From NCBI GenBank assembly GCA_964016885.1, contig OZ024743.1:174158001-174222000 (forward strand): 64,000 nt of DNA. Direction: 5' to 3'. The notes under the pieces are model-generated. The model made no database searches. It was not told where the DNA came from and was given only the letters and a program-made list of their open reading frames with translations. Position 1 is the stretch's first letter; each line of letters begins with the position of its first letter. Source of the DNA: Eledone cirrhosa (lineage: Eukaryota). This document shows, in pieces, positions 46,357 to 64,000 of this stretch. Both the position numbers and the translations under genes were made by a program.

Positions 46357-46509
46357 TTCATTATTTCTGAAGACGGCATATGTATGTGTTGGTATGTATA
46401 TTAGATTTGATAGTTTGTATAATTTTGTATAATTTTGTACATAGATCTGTTGAATATGCATGCCAATTCTAACACATATATGTCCTAGAAACGATCGTTA
46501 AATAATGAA
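46357..46509 (+). ncRNA. Type I hammerhead with ~114-nt stem II
   Basis: ttcattattt CTGAAGA [c-ggcatatgt...acatatatgtcct-a] GAAAC gatc GTT aaataatgaa; 10-bp stem I and palindromic stem III. Confidence 0.82.
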
Positions 46510-46575
46510 CTTTTTTTGTTAAATATAAGGAACTGTTTCATTGTTTTATCATTATTTTTTTAATACTTTATGTAG

Positions 46576-48161
<1,586 letters not shown>

Positions 48162-48276
48162 ATTGAAACAAAATGAAAACGAAATTTCATTTCTCACTCT
48201 TAGTATGGCACTTACTTAAATGTAAGTATGCATGTATACGTACATACATATATGTATACAGACGTACAGTAGCATG

Positions 48277-48314
<38 letters not shown>

Positions 48315-48472
48315 TATATACATATGCATACAGGTACACATACATATATGCACGTATCAGTTTAGCGGCGCTAACGTCGCTTTGTTCGTTTGTAAACAAA
48401 CTGAACAGCCTGAATTTATGCCATACGGTGTTAAGGCAACCACGTCACCTTTTTGTTCAACACTGACACAGG

Positions 48473-48517
48473 AACGATGTACTAGTTTCAAGCTTGTTAG
48501 CTATCATCAGCACCGTT
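48473..48517 (-). ncRNA. Minimal hammerhead (also at 48947-48991, 49425-49469, 49903-49947, 50387-50431)
   Basis: Minus strand: aacggtg CTGATGA t-agct-aaca-agct-t GAAAC ta GTA catcgtt. Confidence 0.85.
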
Positions 48518-48590
48518 TACCCATCTGCCAGATAGTTGAACGTTCGAAAGTATATACTTTCCTTATGAAAATTAACGGCTGAGCAGCCTA

Positions 48591-48598
48591 ATTTGCAT
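48591..48598 (-). promoter_or_regulatory. Perfect octamer motif ATGCAAAT, one per 478-bp unit
   Basis: atttgcat on the + strand; about 75-80 nt upstream of the HHR on the HHR strand. Function is unproven. Confidence 0.35.
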
Positions 48599-48754
48599 AT
48601 TGAGTGAGTTAAATCGGTCAGGCATACCGAAAACGATAAATTGAAACAAAATGAAAACGAAATTTCATTTCTCACTCTTAGTATGGCACTTACTTAAATG
48701 TAAGTATGCATGTATACGTACATACATATATGTATACAGACGTACAGTAGCATG

Positions 48755-48788
<34 letters not shown>

Positions 48789-49228
48789 TATATACATATG
48801 CATACAGGTACACATACATATATGCACGTATCAGTTTAGCGGCGCTAACGTCGCTTTGTTCGTTTGTAAACAAACTGAACAGCCTGAATTTATGCCATAC
48901 GGTGTTAAGGCAACCACGTCACCTTTTTGTTCAACACTGACACAGGAACGATGTACTAGTTTCAAGCTTGTTAGCTATCATCAGCACCGTTTACCCATCT
49001 GCCAGATAGTTGAACGTTCGAAAGTATATACTTTCCTTATGAAAATTAACGGCTGAGCAGCCTAATTTGCATATTGAGTGAGTTAAATCGGTCAGGCATA
49101 CCGAAAACGATAAATTGAAACAAAATGAAAACGAAATTTCATTTCTCACTCTTAGTATGGCACTTACTTAAATGTAAGTATGCATGTATACGTACATACA
49201 TATATGTATACAGACGTACAGTAGCATG

Positions 49229-49266
<38 letters not shown>

Positions 49267-49706
49267 TATATACATATGCATACAGGTACACATACATATA
49301 TGCACGTATCAGTTTAGCGGCGCTAACGTCGCTTTGTTCGTTTGTAAACAAACTGAACAGCCTGAATTTATGCCATACGGTGTTAAGGCAACCACGTCAC
49401 CTTTTTGTTCAACACTGACACAGGAACGATGTACTAGTTTCAAGCTTGTTAGCTATCATCAGCACCGTTTACCCATCTGCCAGATAGTTGAACGTTCGAA
49501 AGTATATACTTTCCTTATGAAAATTAACGGCTGAGCAGCCTAATTTGCATATTGAGTGAGTTAAATCGGTCAGGCATACCGAAAACGATAAATTGAAACA
49601 AAATGAAAACGAAATTTCATTTCTCACTCTTAGTATGGCACTTACTTAAATGTAAGTATGCATGTATACGTACATACATATATGTATACAGACGTACAGT
49701 AGCATG

Positions 49707-49744
<38 letters not shown>

Positions 49745-50184
49745 TATATACATATGCATACAGGTACACATACATATATGCACGTATCAGTTTAGCGGCG
49801 CTAACGTCGCTTTGTTCGTTTGTAAACAAACTGAACAGCCTGAATTTATGCCATACGGTGTTAAGGCAACCACGTCACCTTTTTGTTCAACACTGACACA
49901 GGAACGATGTACTAGTTTCAAGCTTGTTAGCTATCATCAGCACCGTTTACCCATCTGCCAGATAGTTGAACGTTCGAAAGTATATACTTTCCTTATGAAA
50001 ATTAACGGCTGAGCAGCCTAATTTGCATATTGAGTGAGTTAAATCGGTCAGGCATACCGAAAACGATAAATTGAAACAAAATGAAAACGAAATTTCATTT
50101 CTCACTCTTAGTATGGCACTTACTTAAATGTAAGTATGCATGTATACGTACATACATATATGTATACAGACGTACAGTAGCATG

Positions 50185-50228
<44 letters not shown>

Positions 50229-50802
50229 TATATACATATGCATACAGGTACACATACATATATGCACGTATCAGTTTAGCGGCGCTAACGTCGCTTTGTT
50301 CGTTTGTAAACAAACTGAACAGCCTGAATTTATGCCATACGGTGTTAAGGCAACCACGTCACCTTTTTGTTCAACACTGACACAGGAACGATGTACTAGT
50401 TTCAAGCTTGTTAGCTATCATCAGCACCGTTTACCCATCTGCCAGATAGTTGAACGTTCGAAAGTATATACTTTCCTTATGAAAATTAACGGCTGAGCAG
50501 CCTAATTTGCATATTGAGTGAGTTAAATCGGTCAGGCATACCGAAAACGATAAATTGAAACAAAATGAAAACGAAATTTCATTTCTCACTCTTAGTATGG
50601 CACTTACTTAAATGTAAGTATGCATGTATACGTACATACTAAGAGTGAGAAATGAAATTTCGTTTTCATTTTGTTTCAATTTATCGTTTTCGGTATGCCT
50701 GACCGATTTAACTCACTCAATATGCAAATTAGGCTGCTCAGCCGTTAATTTTCATAAGGAAAGTATATACTTTCGAACGTTCAACTATCTGGCAGATGGG
50801 TA

Positions 50803-50847
50803 AACGGTGCTGATGATAGCTAACAAGCTTGAAACTAGTACATCGTT
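50803..50847 (+). ncRNA. Minimal hammerhead (also at 51281-51325, 51759-51803, 52237-52281, 52715-52759)
   Basis: aacggtg CTGATGA tagctaacaagctt GAAAC ta GTA catcgtt. Confidence 0.85.
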
Positions 50848-51005
50848 CCTGTGTCAGTGTTGAACAAAAAGGTGACGTGGTTGCCTTAACACCGTATGGC
50901 ATAAATTCAGGCTGTTCAGTTTGTTTACAAACGAACAAAGCGACGTTAGCGCCGCTAAACTGATACGTGCATATATGTATGTGTACCTGTATGCATATGT
51001 ATATA

Positions 51006-51043
<38 letters not shown>

Positions 51044-51483
51044 CATATTACTGTACGTCTGTATACATATATGTATGTACGTATACATGCATACTTACAT
51101 TTAAGTAAGTGCCATACTAAGAGTGAGAAATGAAATTTCGTTTTCATTTTGTTTCAATTTATCGTTTTCGGTATGCCTGACCGATTTAACTCACTCAATA
51201 TGCAAATTAGGCTGCTCAGCCGTTAATTTTCATAAGGAAAGTATATACTTTCGAACGTTCAACTATCTGGCAGATGGGTAAACGGTGCTGATGATAGCTA
51301 ACAAGCTTGAAACTAGTACATCGTTCCTGTGTCAGTGTTGAACAAAAAGGTGACGTGGTTGCCTTAACACCGTATGGCATAAATTCAGGCTGTTCAGTTT
51401 GTTTACAAACGAACAAAGCGACGTTAGCGCCGCTAAACTGATACGTGCATATATGTATGTGTACCTGTATGCATATGTATATA

Positions 51484-51521
<38 letters not shown>

Positions 51522-51961
51522 CATGCTACTGTACGTCTGTATACATATATGTATGTACGTATACATGCATACTTACATTTAAGTAAGTGCCATACTAAGA
51601 GTGAGAAATGAAATTTCGTTTTCATTTTGTTTCAATTTATCGTTTTCGGTATGCCTGACCGATTTAACTCACTCAATATGCAAATTAGGCTGCTCAGCCG
51701 TTAATTTTCATAAGGAAAGTATATACTTTCGAACGTTCAACTATCTGGCAGATGGGTAAACGGTGCTGATGATAGCTAACAAGCTTGAAACTAGTACATC
51801 GTTCCTGTGTCAGTGTTGAACAAAAAGGTGACGTGGTTGCCTTAACACCGTATGGCATAAATTCAGGCTGTTCAGTTTGTTTACAAACGAACAAAGCGAC
51901 GTTAGCGCCGCTAAACTGATACGTGCATATATGTATGTGTACCTGTATGCATATGTATATA

Positions 51962-51999
<38 letters not shown>

Positions 52000-52439
52000 C
52001 ATGCTACTGTACGTCTGTATACATATATGTATGTACGTATACATGCATACTTACATTTAAGTAAGTGCCATACTAAGAGTGAGAAATGAAATTTCGTTTT
52101 CATTTTGTTTCAATTTATCGTTTTCGGTATGCCTGACCGATTTAACTCACTCAATATGCAAATTAGGCTGCTCAGCCGTTAATTTTCATAAGGAAAGTAT
52201 ATACTTTCGAACGTTCAACTATCTGGCAGATGGGTAAACGGTGCTGATGATAGCTAACAAGCTTGAAACTAGTACATCGTTCCTGTGTCAGTGTTGAACA
52301 AAAAGGTGACGTGGTTGCCTTAACACCGTATGGCATAAATTCAGGCTGTTCAGTTTGTTTACAAACGAACAAAGCGACGTTAGCGCCGCTAAACTGATAC
52401 GTGCATATATGTATGTGTACCTGTATGCATATGTATATA

Positions 52440-52477
<38 letters not shown>

Positions 52478-52917
52478 CATGCTACTGTACGTCTGTATAC
52501 ATATATGTATGTACGTATACATGCATACTTACATTTAAGTAAGTGCCATACTAAGAGTGAGAAATGAAATTTCGTTTTCATTTTGTTTCAATTTATCGTT
52601 TTCGGTATGCCTGACCGATTTAACTCACTCAATATGCAAATTAGGCTGCTCAGCCGTTAATTTTCATAAGGAAAGTATATACTTTCGAACGTTCAACTAT
52701 CTGGCAGATGGGTAAACGGTGCTGATGATAGCTAACAAGCTTGAAACTAGTACATCGTTCCTGTGTCAGTGTTGAACAAAAAGGTGACGTGGTTGCCTTA
52801 ACACCGTATGGCATAAATTCAGGCTGTTCAGTTTGTTTACAAACGAACAAAGCGACGTTAGCGCCGCTAAACTGATACGTGCATATATGTATGTGTACCT
52901 GTATGCATATGTATATA

Positions 52918-52950
<33 letters not shown>

Positions 52951-53010
52951 GTGCATGCTACTGTACGTCTGTATACATATATGTATGTACGTATACATGC
53001 ATACTTACAT

Positions 53011-54117
<1,107 letters not shown>

Positions 54118-56686
54118 TCATCATCATCATCATCATCAACGTTTAACGTCCGTGTTCCACGCTTGCATGGGTTTGGACGGGGGTATTCCCACTTGAGGCA
54201 AGAGTGATTGTCCTGCTCGCATAGGACTGTCTGGCAGGTTTTCTACAGTTGGATGCCCTTCCTAACACCAACCACATTTACAGTGTGGGACTGGGATGTT
54301 TTTACCGTGTTGCCTACACGGCCACATTACAGCGTGGACTGTGTGTTTTTTTGTCGTGACACCTACACGATCTCATTTGTTTCGGCCTGGATGTTGTGGC
54401 ACCAACATAACTTTACATAGGAGGGGGTTGTGTGGATGGGGTGTGGGTGGTGGGACGGGGTGTATTTTGTTAGAGATGCCTACTGGCTGTAGTAGGTTTT
54501 ACTATGTATTTAGGTAAGGCGGGTCTTCTCTATTATTGAGTACCGCCAAAGGTCTCGGTCCAGTGACATTGTCTTGGAGAGGTGTAAGTGTGTGAGGTCG
54601 GAGTTTATCAGCTCGTCCCAGGATTTTCTAGGTCTGCCTATTCCGTGGCTACCGTCTATCTTTATTGCCCTGCACTTTGTTATACAGCTATCGACTTTCA
54701 TGCGCATCACGTGTCCGTACCAACGTAGCCTTCTCTCGAGTAAACAACATCTGATCCCTCTTATTTCTAATTTTTTCCTTAGTTCGTTTATGCTTTGCCA
54801 TTGACGTATATTACTATTACACATCCAGCGGAGCATGCAAGCTTCGTTCCTCTCTAGTCTGCGTATATCCTCTGCGCACAATGCCCAGGTCTCACTGCCA
54901 TGCAACATTGTTGTTCGTATGCAAGCATCATACAGCCTGCCTTTCATTTTTAGGGAGAACCCTTTAGCGGCTAATAGTGGTATAAGCTCTCTGAACTTTT
55001 TCCATCCAGTTCTGACTCTAGCTACTGTACTTTCGGAGCACCTTCCCCCACTGCTGATTTTGTCACCCAGGTAACGGAAGCTGTCCACTATTTCTATAGA
55101 GCCCTCTGCGCAATTGAAAGAGTTAGTATTTTGTGGGCACTCGCTGCTACTTATTGCACCAGAGCACCGCCCACATATAAAATCTAAGTTCTTAGTTAGC
55201 TTACCTGTGATCCCACTACATCTTTTATGCACCCATACTTTGCATTTGGGACATAAAATGGAGTTTCTACCTACGCCTTTCCTACACACTGAGCATGGCC
55301 ATTTCCCGGAAGGGACCGCCGCCTTATTTTCTTTCCTACAAACTAGAACTTTAGTCTTAGCCAGGTTAATTTTAAGGCCTTTTGATTCTAGGCCGTGCTT
55401 CCATGTTTGGAATTTCTTATCTAGCTCGGCCATTGATTCAGCTATGAGTGTCAGGTCGTCTGCGTATAGGAGTTCCCATGGGCAGCCGGTCTTGAACTCC
55501 TCTGTTATAGCCTGAAGGGCAATAATAAATAGTAGGGGGCTGAGAACAGAGCCCTGATGGACGCCAACTTTTACGCTAAACTCTTCACTATATTCGTTGT
55601 TAATTCTAACCTTGCTGACTCTTTCTGTATACATGGCTTGTATAGCCCTCACAAGCCATTCGTCGACACCTAGTTTTCTAAGGGCCCACCAGATAATGGA
55701 ACGGGGGACTCTGTCGAAGGCTTTCTCCAAGTCGACAAAAGCTAAGTAGAGGGGTTTACCTTTAGCTAGGTACTTCTCCTGTAGTTGACGTACAATGAAA
55801 AGAGCGTCTGTGGTACTTTTGCCTGACACAAACCCTAACTGCATTTCATCTAGGTCAATTCTCTCTCTGATTAGTTGCGCTATTATTTTTTCCGTGACCT
55901 TCATGACCTGGTCGATTAGTTTAATGCCTCTATAGTTACTCCTATCTAGGGCATCTCCTTTACCCTTATAACACTTAACGATGATGCTGCTATGCCAGTC
56001 CTTCGGAACAACCCCATTCTGTATGACTTGGTTAACTATCCGGGTGACCAAGGTGTGTCCCACCGAGCCAGATGCCTTCAGCATCTCAGCAACTATTTCC
56101 GAAGGCCCAGCCGCCTTACCCGTCTTCATATCCTTGATTGCCTTACTTATTATACTACCCTGCTGGTCCCTCTATTGGGTCGATGTGGGGGAGACTGTCT
56201 TTCTCCCATTTATTCTCCTCATTTAGTAGCCTTTCATAGTGGCATTTCCAAGCTACCTTCTTATCAGCGTCGGTGATGGCAAGTACGCCGTCATCATTAA
56301 GTACACACTTCTCCCCGACAATATCACGGTTTTCCTTGACACATTGCCTAGCAATCCTGAACACCTCACGTTTTTGGTCCTCGCGTTGTAGAACATGCTT
56401 GAACTTTCTTTCCTCTGCTTCCCTTCTTGCGAAGTACACTTGTCTCCTAGCCTCCCTCCTGGCCACTTGATAGTCTTCTCTACTTCCCCCATCCCGCCAT
56501 ACTTTCCAAGCCTGCTTTTTGGCCTTAATTGACCCCTCCACCCTACTGTTCCACCACCATGTTACTCTCCTCCTGCCTACAGGCCTGCTCCAGCCACAGA
56601 CTTCGTCTGTTGCCATCAGCAAGTTTGCTTTCAGAAATTCCCACTCTCCCTCTATATTGTCCGACTCTAAATGCTCTTCCTTACTG
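54118..56686 (-). mobile_element. 5'-truncated RTE-clade LINE with (GAT)n tail
   Basis: ORFs 56155-56622 and 54510-56129 are separated by a frameshift; the 3' UTR ends cggacgttaaacgtt(gat)n. Confidence 0.94.
54510..56129 (-). CDS. RTE LINE reverse transcriptase with an embedded Cys-rich (PHD-like) insert
   Basis: NYRGIKL, FVDLEKAFDRVP, GVHQGSVLSPLLF, YADD, CSVC...CPKC..WVHKRC...CGRC, FRYLG, RRLRWYGHV. Confidence 0.92.
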   Translation of the reverse strand: MKTGKAAGPSEIVAEMLKASGSVGHTLVTRIVNQVIQNGVVPKDWHSSIIVKCYKGKGDALDRSNYRGIKLIDQVMKVTEKIIAQLIRERIDLDEMQLGFVSGKSTTDALFIVRQLQEKYLAKGKPLYLAFVDLEKAFDRVPRSIIWWALRKLGVDEWLVRAIQAMYTERVSKVRINNEYSEEFSVKVGVHQGSVLSPLLFIIALQAITEEFKTGCPWELLYADDLTLIAESMAELDKKFQTWKHGLESKGLKINLAKTKVLVCRKENKAAVPSGKWPCSVCRKGVGRNSILCPKCKVWVHKRCSGITGKLTKNLDFICGRCSGAISSSECPQNTNSFNCAEGSIEIVDSFRYLGDKISSGGRCSESTVARVRTGWKKFRELIPLLAAKGFSLKMKGRLYDACIRTTMLHGSETWALCAEDIRRLERNEACMLRWMCNSNIRQWQSINELRKKLEIRGIRCCLLERRLRWYGHVMRMKVDSCITKCRAIKIDGSHGIGRPRKSWDELINSDLTHLHLSKTMSLDRDLWRYSIIEKTRLT

Positions 56687-56710
56687 TATATATATATGTA
56701 TATATATATG

Positions 56711-56741
<31 letters not shown>

Positions 56742-56794
56742 GTATATATATATGTATATATATATATGTATATATATATATATGTATATATATG

Positions 56795-56865
<71 letters not shown>

Positions 56866-57114
56866 GTATATATATATATGTGTATATATATATATATGTA
56901 TATATATATGTATATATGTATATATGTATATACATATATATGTATATGTATATATATTTATATATATGTATATGTATATATATGTATATGTATATATATG
57001 TATATGTATATATATGTATATATAAGTATATATGTATATGTATATATATGTATATATGTATATATATATATATGTATATATATATGTATATATATATGTG
57101 TATATATATATATG

Positions 57115-57145
<31 letters not shown>

Positions 57146-57325
57146 GTGTATATATATATACATATATATATAAGTGTATATATATATAAGTGTATATATA
57201 TATATATATATCTATATATCTATATAAGTGTATATATGTATATATATATAAGTGTATATATGTATATATATATAAGTGTATATATGTATATATATATATA
57301 AGTGTATATATATATATATATATAT

Positions 57326-58230
57326 AAATTAATAAAATAATGAATAAACAAAGAAACAGTTCCTTATATTAAAAAATTCATCATTTTACGATCGTTTCTA
57401 GGATATATATGTGTTAGTGTTGGTATGCATATCCTATAGATCTATGTAAAAATGTTTACAAACTATCAGAGGGAATATACATACCTGCACATATATATGC
57501 TGTCTTCAGAAATAATGATATTTGTTTATTGAAAAAACCAACAAAGATTTAATACAATAGGTATGTTCGGGAACAGGTTTTGAATTGACCAATAGAAAGA
57601 TAGTGAAGGTCAAGATAGTAATATAGTAGTAAAAGAACCTTAATTTATGGGTAGAGGAAGGTAGATTTCAGTTTTGGATGGAAAGAATATTATGAATGAA
57701 AGATTATTTTAGGGATGAGAATTGGTCATATGCTGACCTCAGAAATAATTATATTTGTTCATTGAATAAAACCAACAAAGATTTAATATAATAGGTCTGT
57801 TTGGGAACAGGTTTTGAATTAACCAATAGAAAGGTAATAATTGGCCAAATGGTAAAATAGTAGTAATTGAAGTTTATTTTAGGGGTACAAGAAGGCAGAT
57901 TTCAGTTTTGAATGGAAGGAGTATGAGGAATGAAAAGGTTATTTTAGGGGTGAAAATAGGTCAGGTCAGTAAAAAGTAACACGAAAAGTTGCTGTTATAA
58001 AAGAATAATGCCAATGTAAATATTTAAGGAGACTAAAATTTTACGATAAAAGTGTTAGTGAAAAAAATATATATGGAATTTACATCTATGAAAAGAATAT
58101 AAATTAATTTAATTGATTGGTATATTTATATTGATAAAATTATATTAATGCATATAGATATGATAAATAAGAGTTAGATGTAATTGAAGAGTGCTGTTAA
58201 AGACGAGGGGAAATTAAAAAAATATAAAAG

Positions 58231-58295
<65 letters not shown>

Positions 58296-58970
58296 TTGGG
58301 GGGGGGGAGTTAAATTTATTAGTGAGAAATAATAAATATATAGAGATTTCAAGGAACATAAAATCATAACCTGAAATTAAAACAATATATATGTTTACTT
58401 AATGGTATCAATTTTAGGAAAAGATAGTTGTAAGAAGGAAAGTAAAATTATGTAGTTCATCAGTAGTAGAATATTAATTATAGGTTAACTAAATTAAAAA
58501 TAGTTTTTATACTAATTTCTAAAATGTATATTAATTAGGTTTATAATATTTAAAGGTTTTTCTCAGTTTATGATTACACGATATTATTAATTCCTGTCGC
58601 TTATTTAATAGGATATCCTTATATTTCATTATTTCAAAAAGTTCTAGGGAACATAATCTACATTCATATCTATTATTTTGATAAGGGGTGGCCCTTTTGA
58701 GGACACTCCAAGTCAGGTCATAATCTATATTCCTCTTTCTATAATTATTAATTATTTCAGCTAGAGATGTTGTATTAGCTAATGCAGCATTTTTAAAACT
58801 ATGTTTGTGGGTGTTAAATCTTACCTTAAATTGGTTAGAGGTAGCTCCTATATATGAATAAATTGAGTCCTTAGTGTTAACTTTAGATTTATATACTATG
58901 TTATTAACAAGGCAACTTCCTTTCAATGGGCAGTTTGCTTTGTTTCGTGAATCCTGTATCAGAGGAGATA
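57326..58970 (-). mobile_element. Short 3' fragment of a PLE related to 41095-46575
   Basis: [13 protein letters not shown]...IVY...YIG...CRLC...KYYKPN (58531-58950), followed by a 3' UTR with an HHR. Confidence 0.9.
57377..57519 (-). ncRNA. Diverged long-stem-II hammerhead
   Basis: Minus strand: tcattattt CTGAAGA c...ta GAAAC gatc GTA aaatgatga. Confidence 0.75.
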
Positions 58971-63395
<4,425 letters not shown>

Positions 63396-63407
63396 TTAAA
63401 TATTTTA

Positions 63408-64000
<593 letters not shown>

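Larger units (their letters stand above)
41095..46575 (+). mobile_element. 5'-truncated Penelope-like element with long inverted arm (41095-42780 vs ~45165-46570)
   Basis: Reverse-complement arms, each with a long-stem-II HHR; GIY-YIG remnant 42781-43872. Confidence 0.9.
48162..53010. repeat. Palindromic tandem array of ~478-bp HHR-containing units (5+ units in one orientation, ~5 in the other)
   Basis: Near-identical units differing mainly in internal TA length; inversion centre 50600-50634. Confidence 0.97.

Noticed and set aside
48173-48582. Repeated 97/116/70-aa ORFs in the 478-bp unit
   Set aside because: They cross a variable TA run that shifts frame between units, and they have no recognisable domain
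48162-53010. CRISPR-like regular array
   Set aside because: The units are wholly identical with no unique spacers, the context is eukaryotic, and there are no cas genes

Overview
Eukaryotic, gene-free, repeat-saturated window, most likely cephalopod (octopus-like; inferred from the SINE/LINE families and the huge TA tracts). Long interrupted (TA)n microsatellites separate a dense series of retroelements. These include at least 7 Penelope-like element (PLE) copies (RT + GIY-YIG; one apparently full length with direct pseudo-LTRs), CR1-group and RTE-clade LINEs, a tRNA-derived SINE, and several non-coding ~0.3-0.5 kb units. Almost all long YI/IY ORFs in the track are microsatellite artefacts. 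Reading the non-coding DNA by eye gives about 24 type I hammerhead ribozyme (HHR) motifs from about 9 families, including U3-A8 core variants and forms with a very long stem II. Ten of them lie in a 4.85 kb palindromic array of 478-bp retrozyme-like units. Other notable features: a ~530-bp tandem family carrying all hammerhead parts in a non-standard (reversed) strand order; a LINE copy that looks A-to-G hyper-edited; and repeated insertions with two outward-facing 3' ends. All RNA structures are manual pairings and none has been computed or tested.
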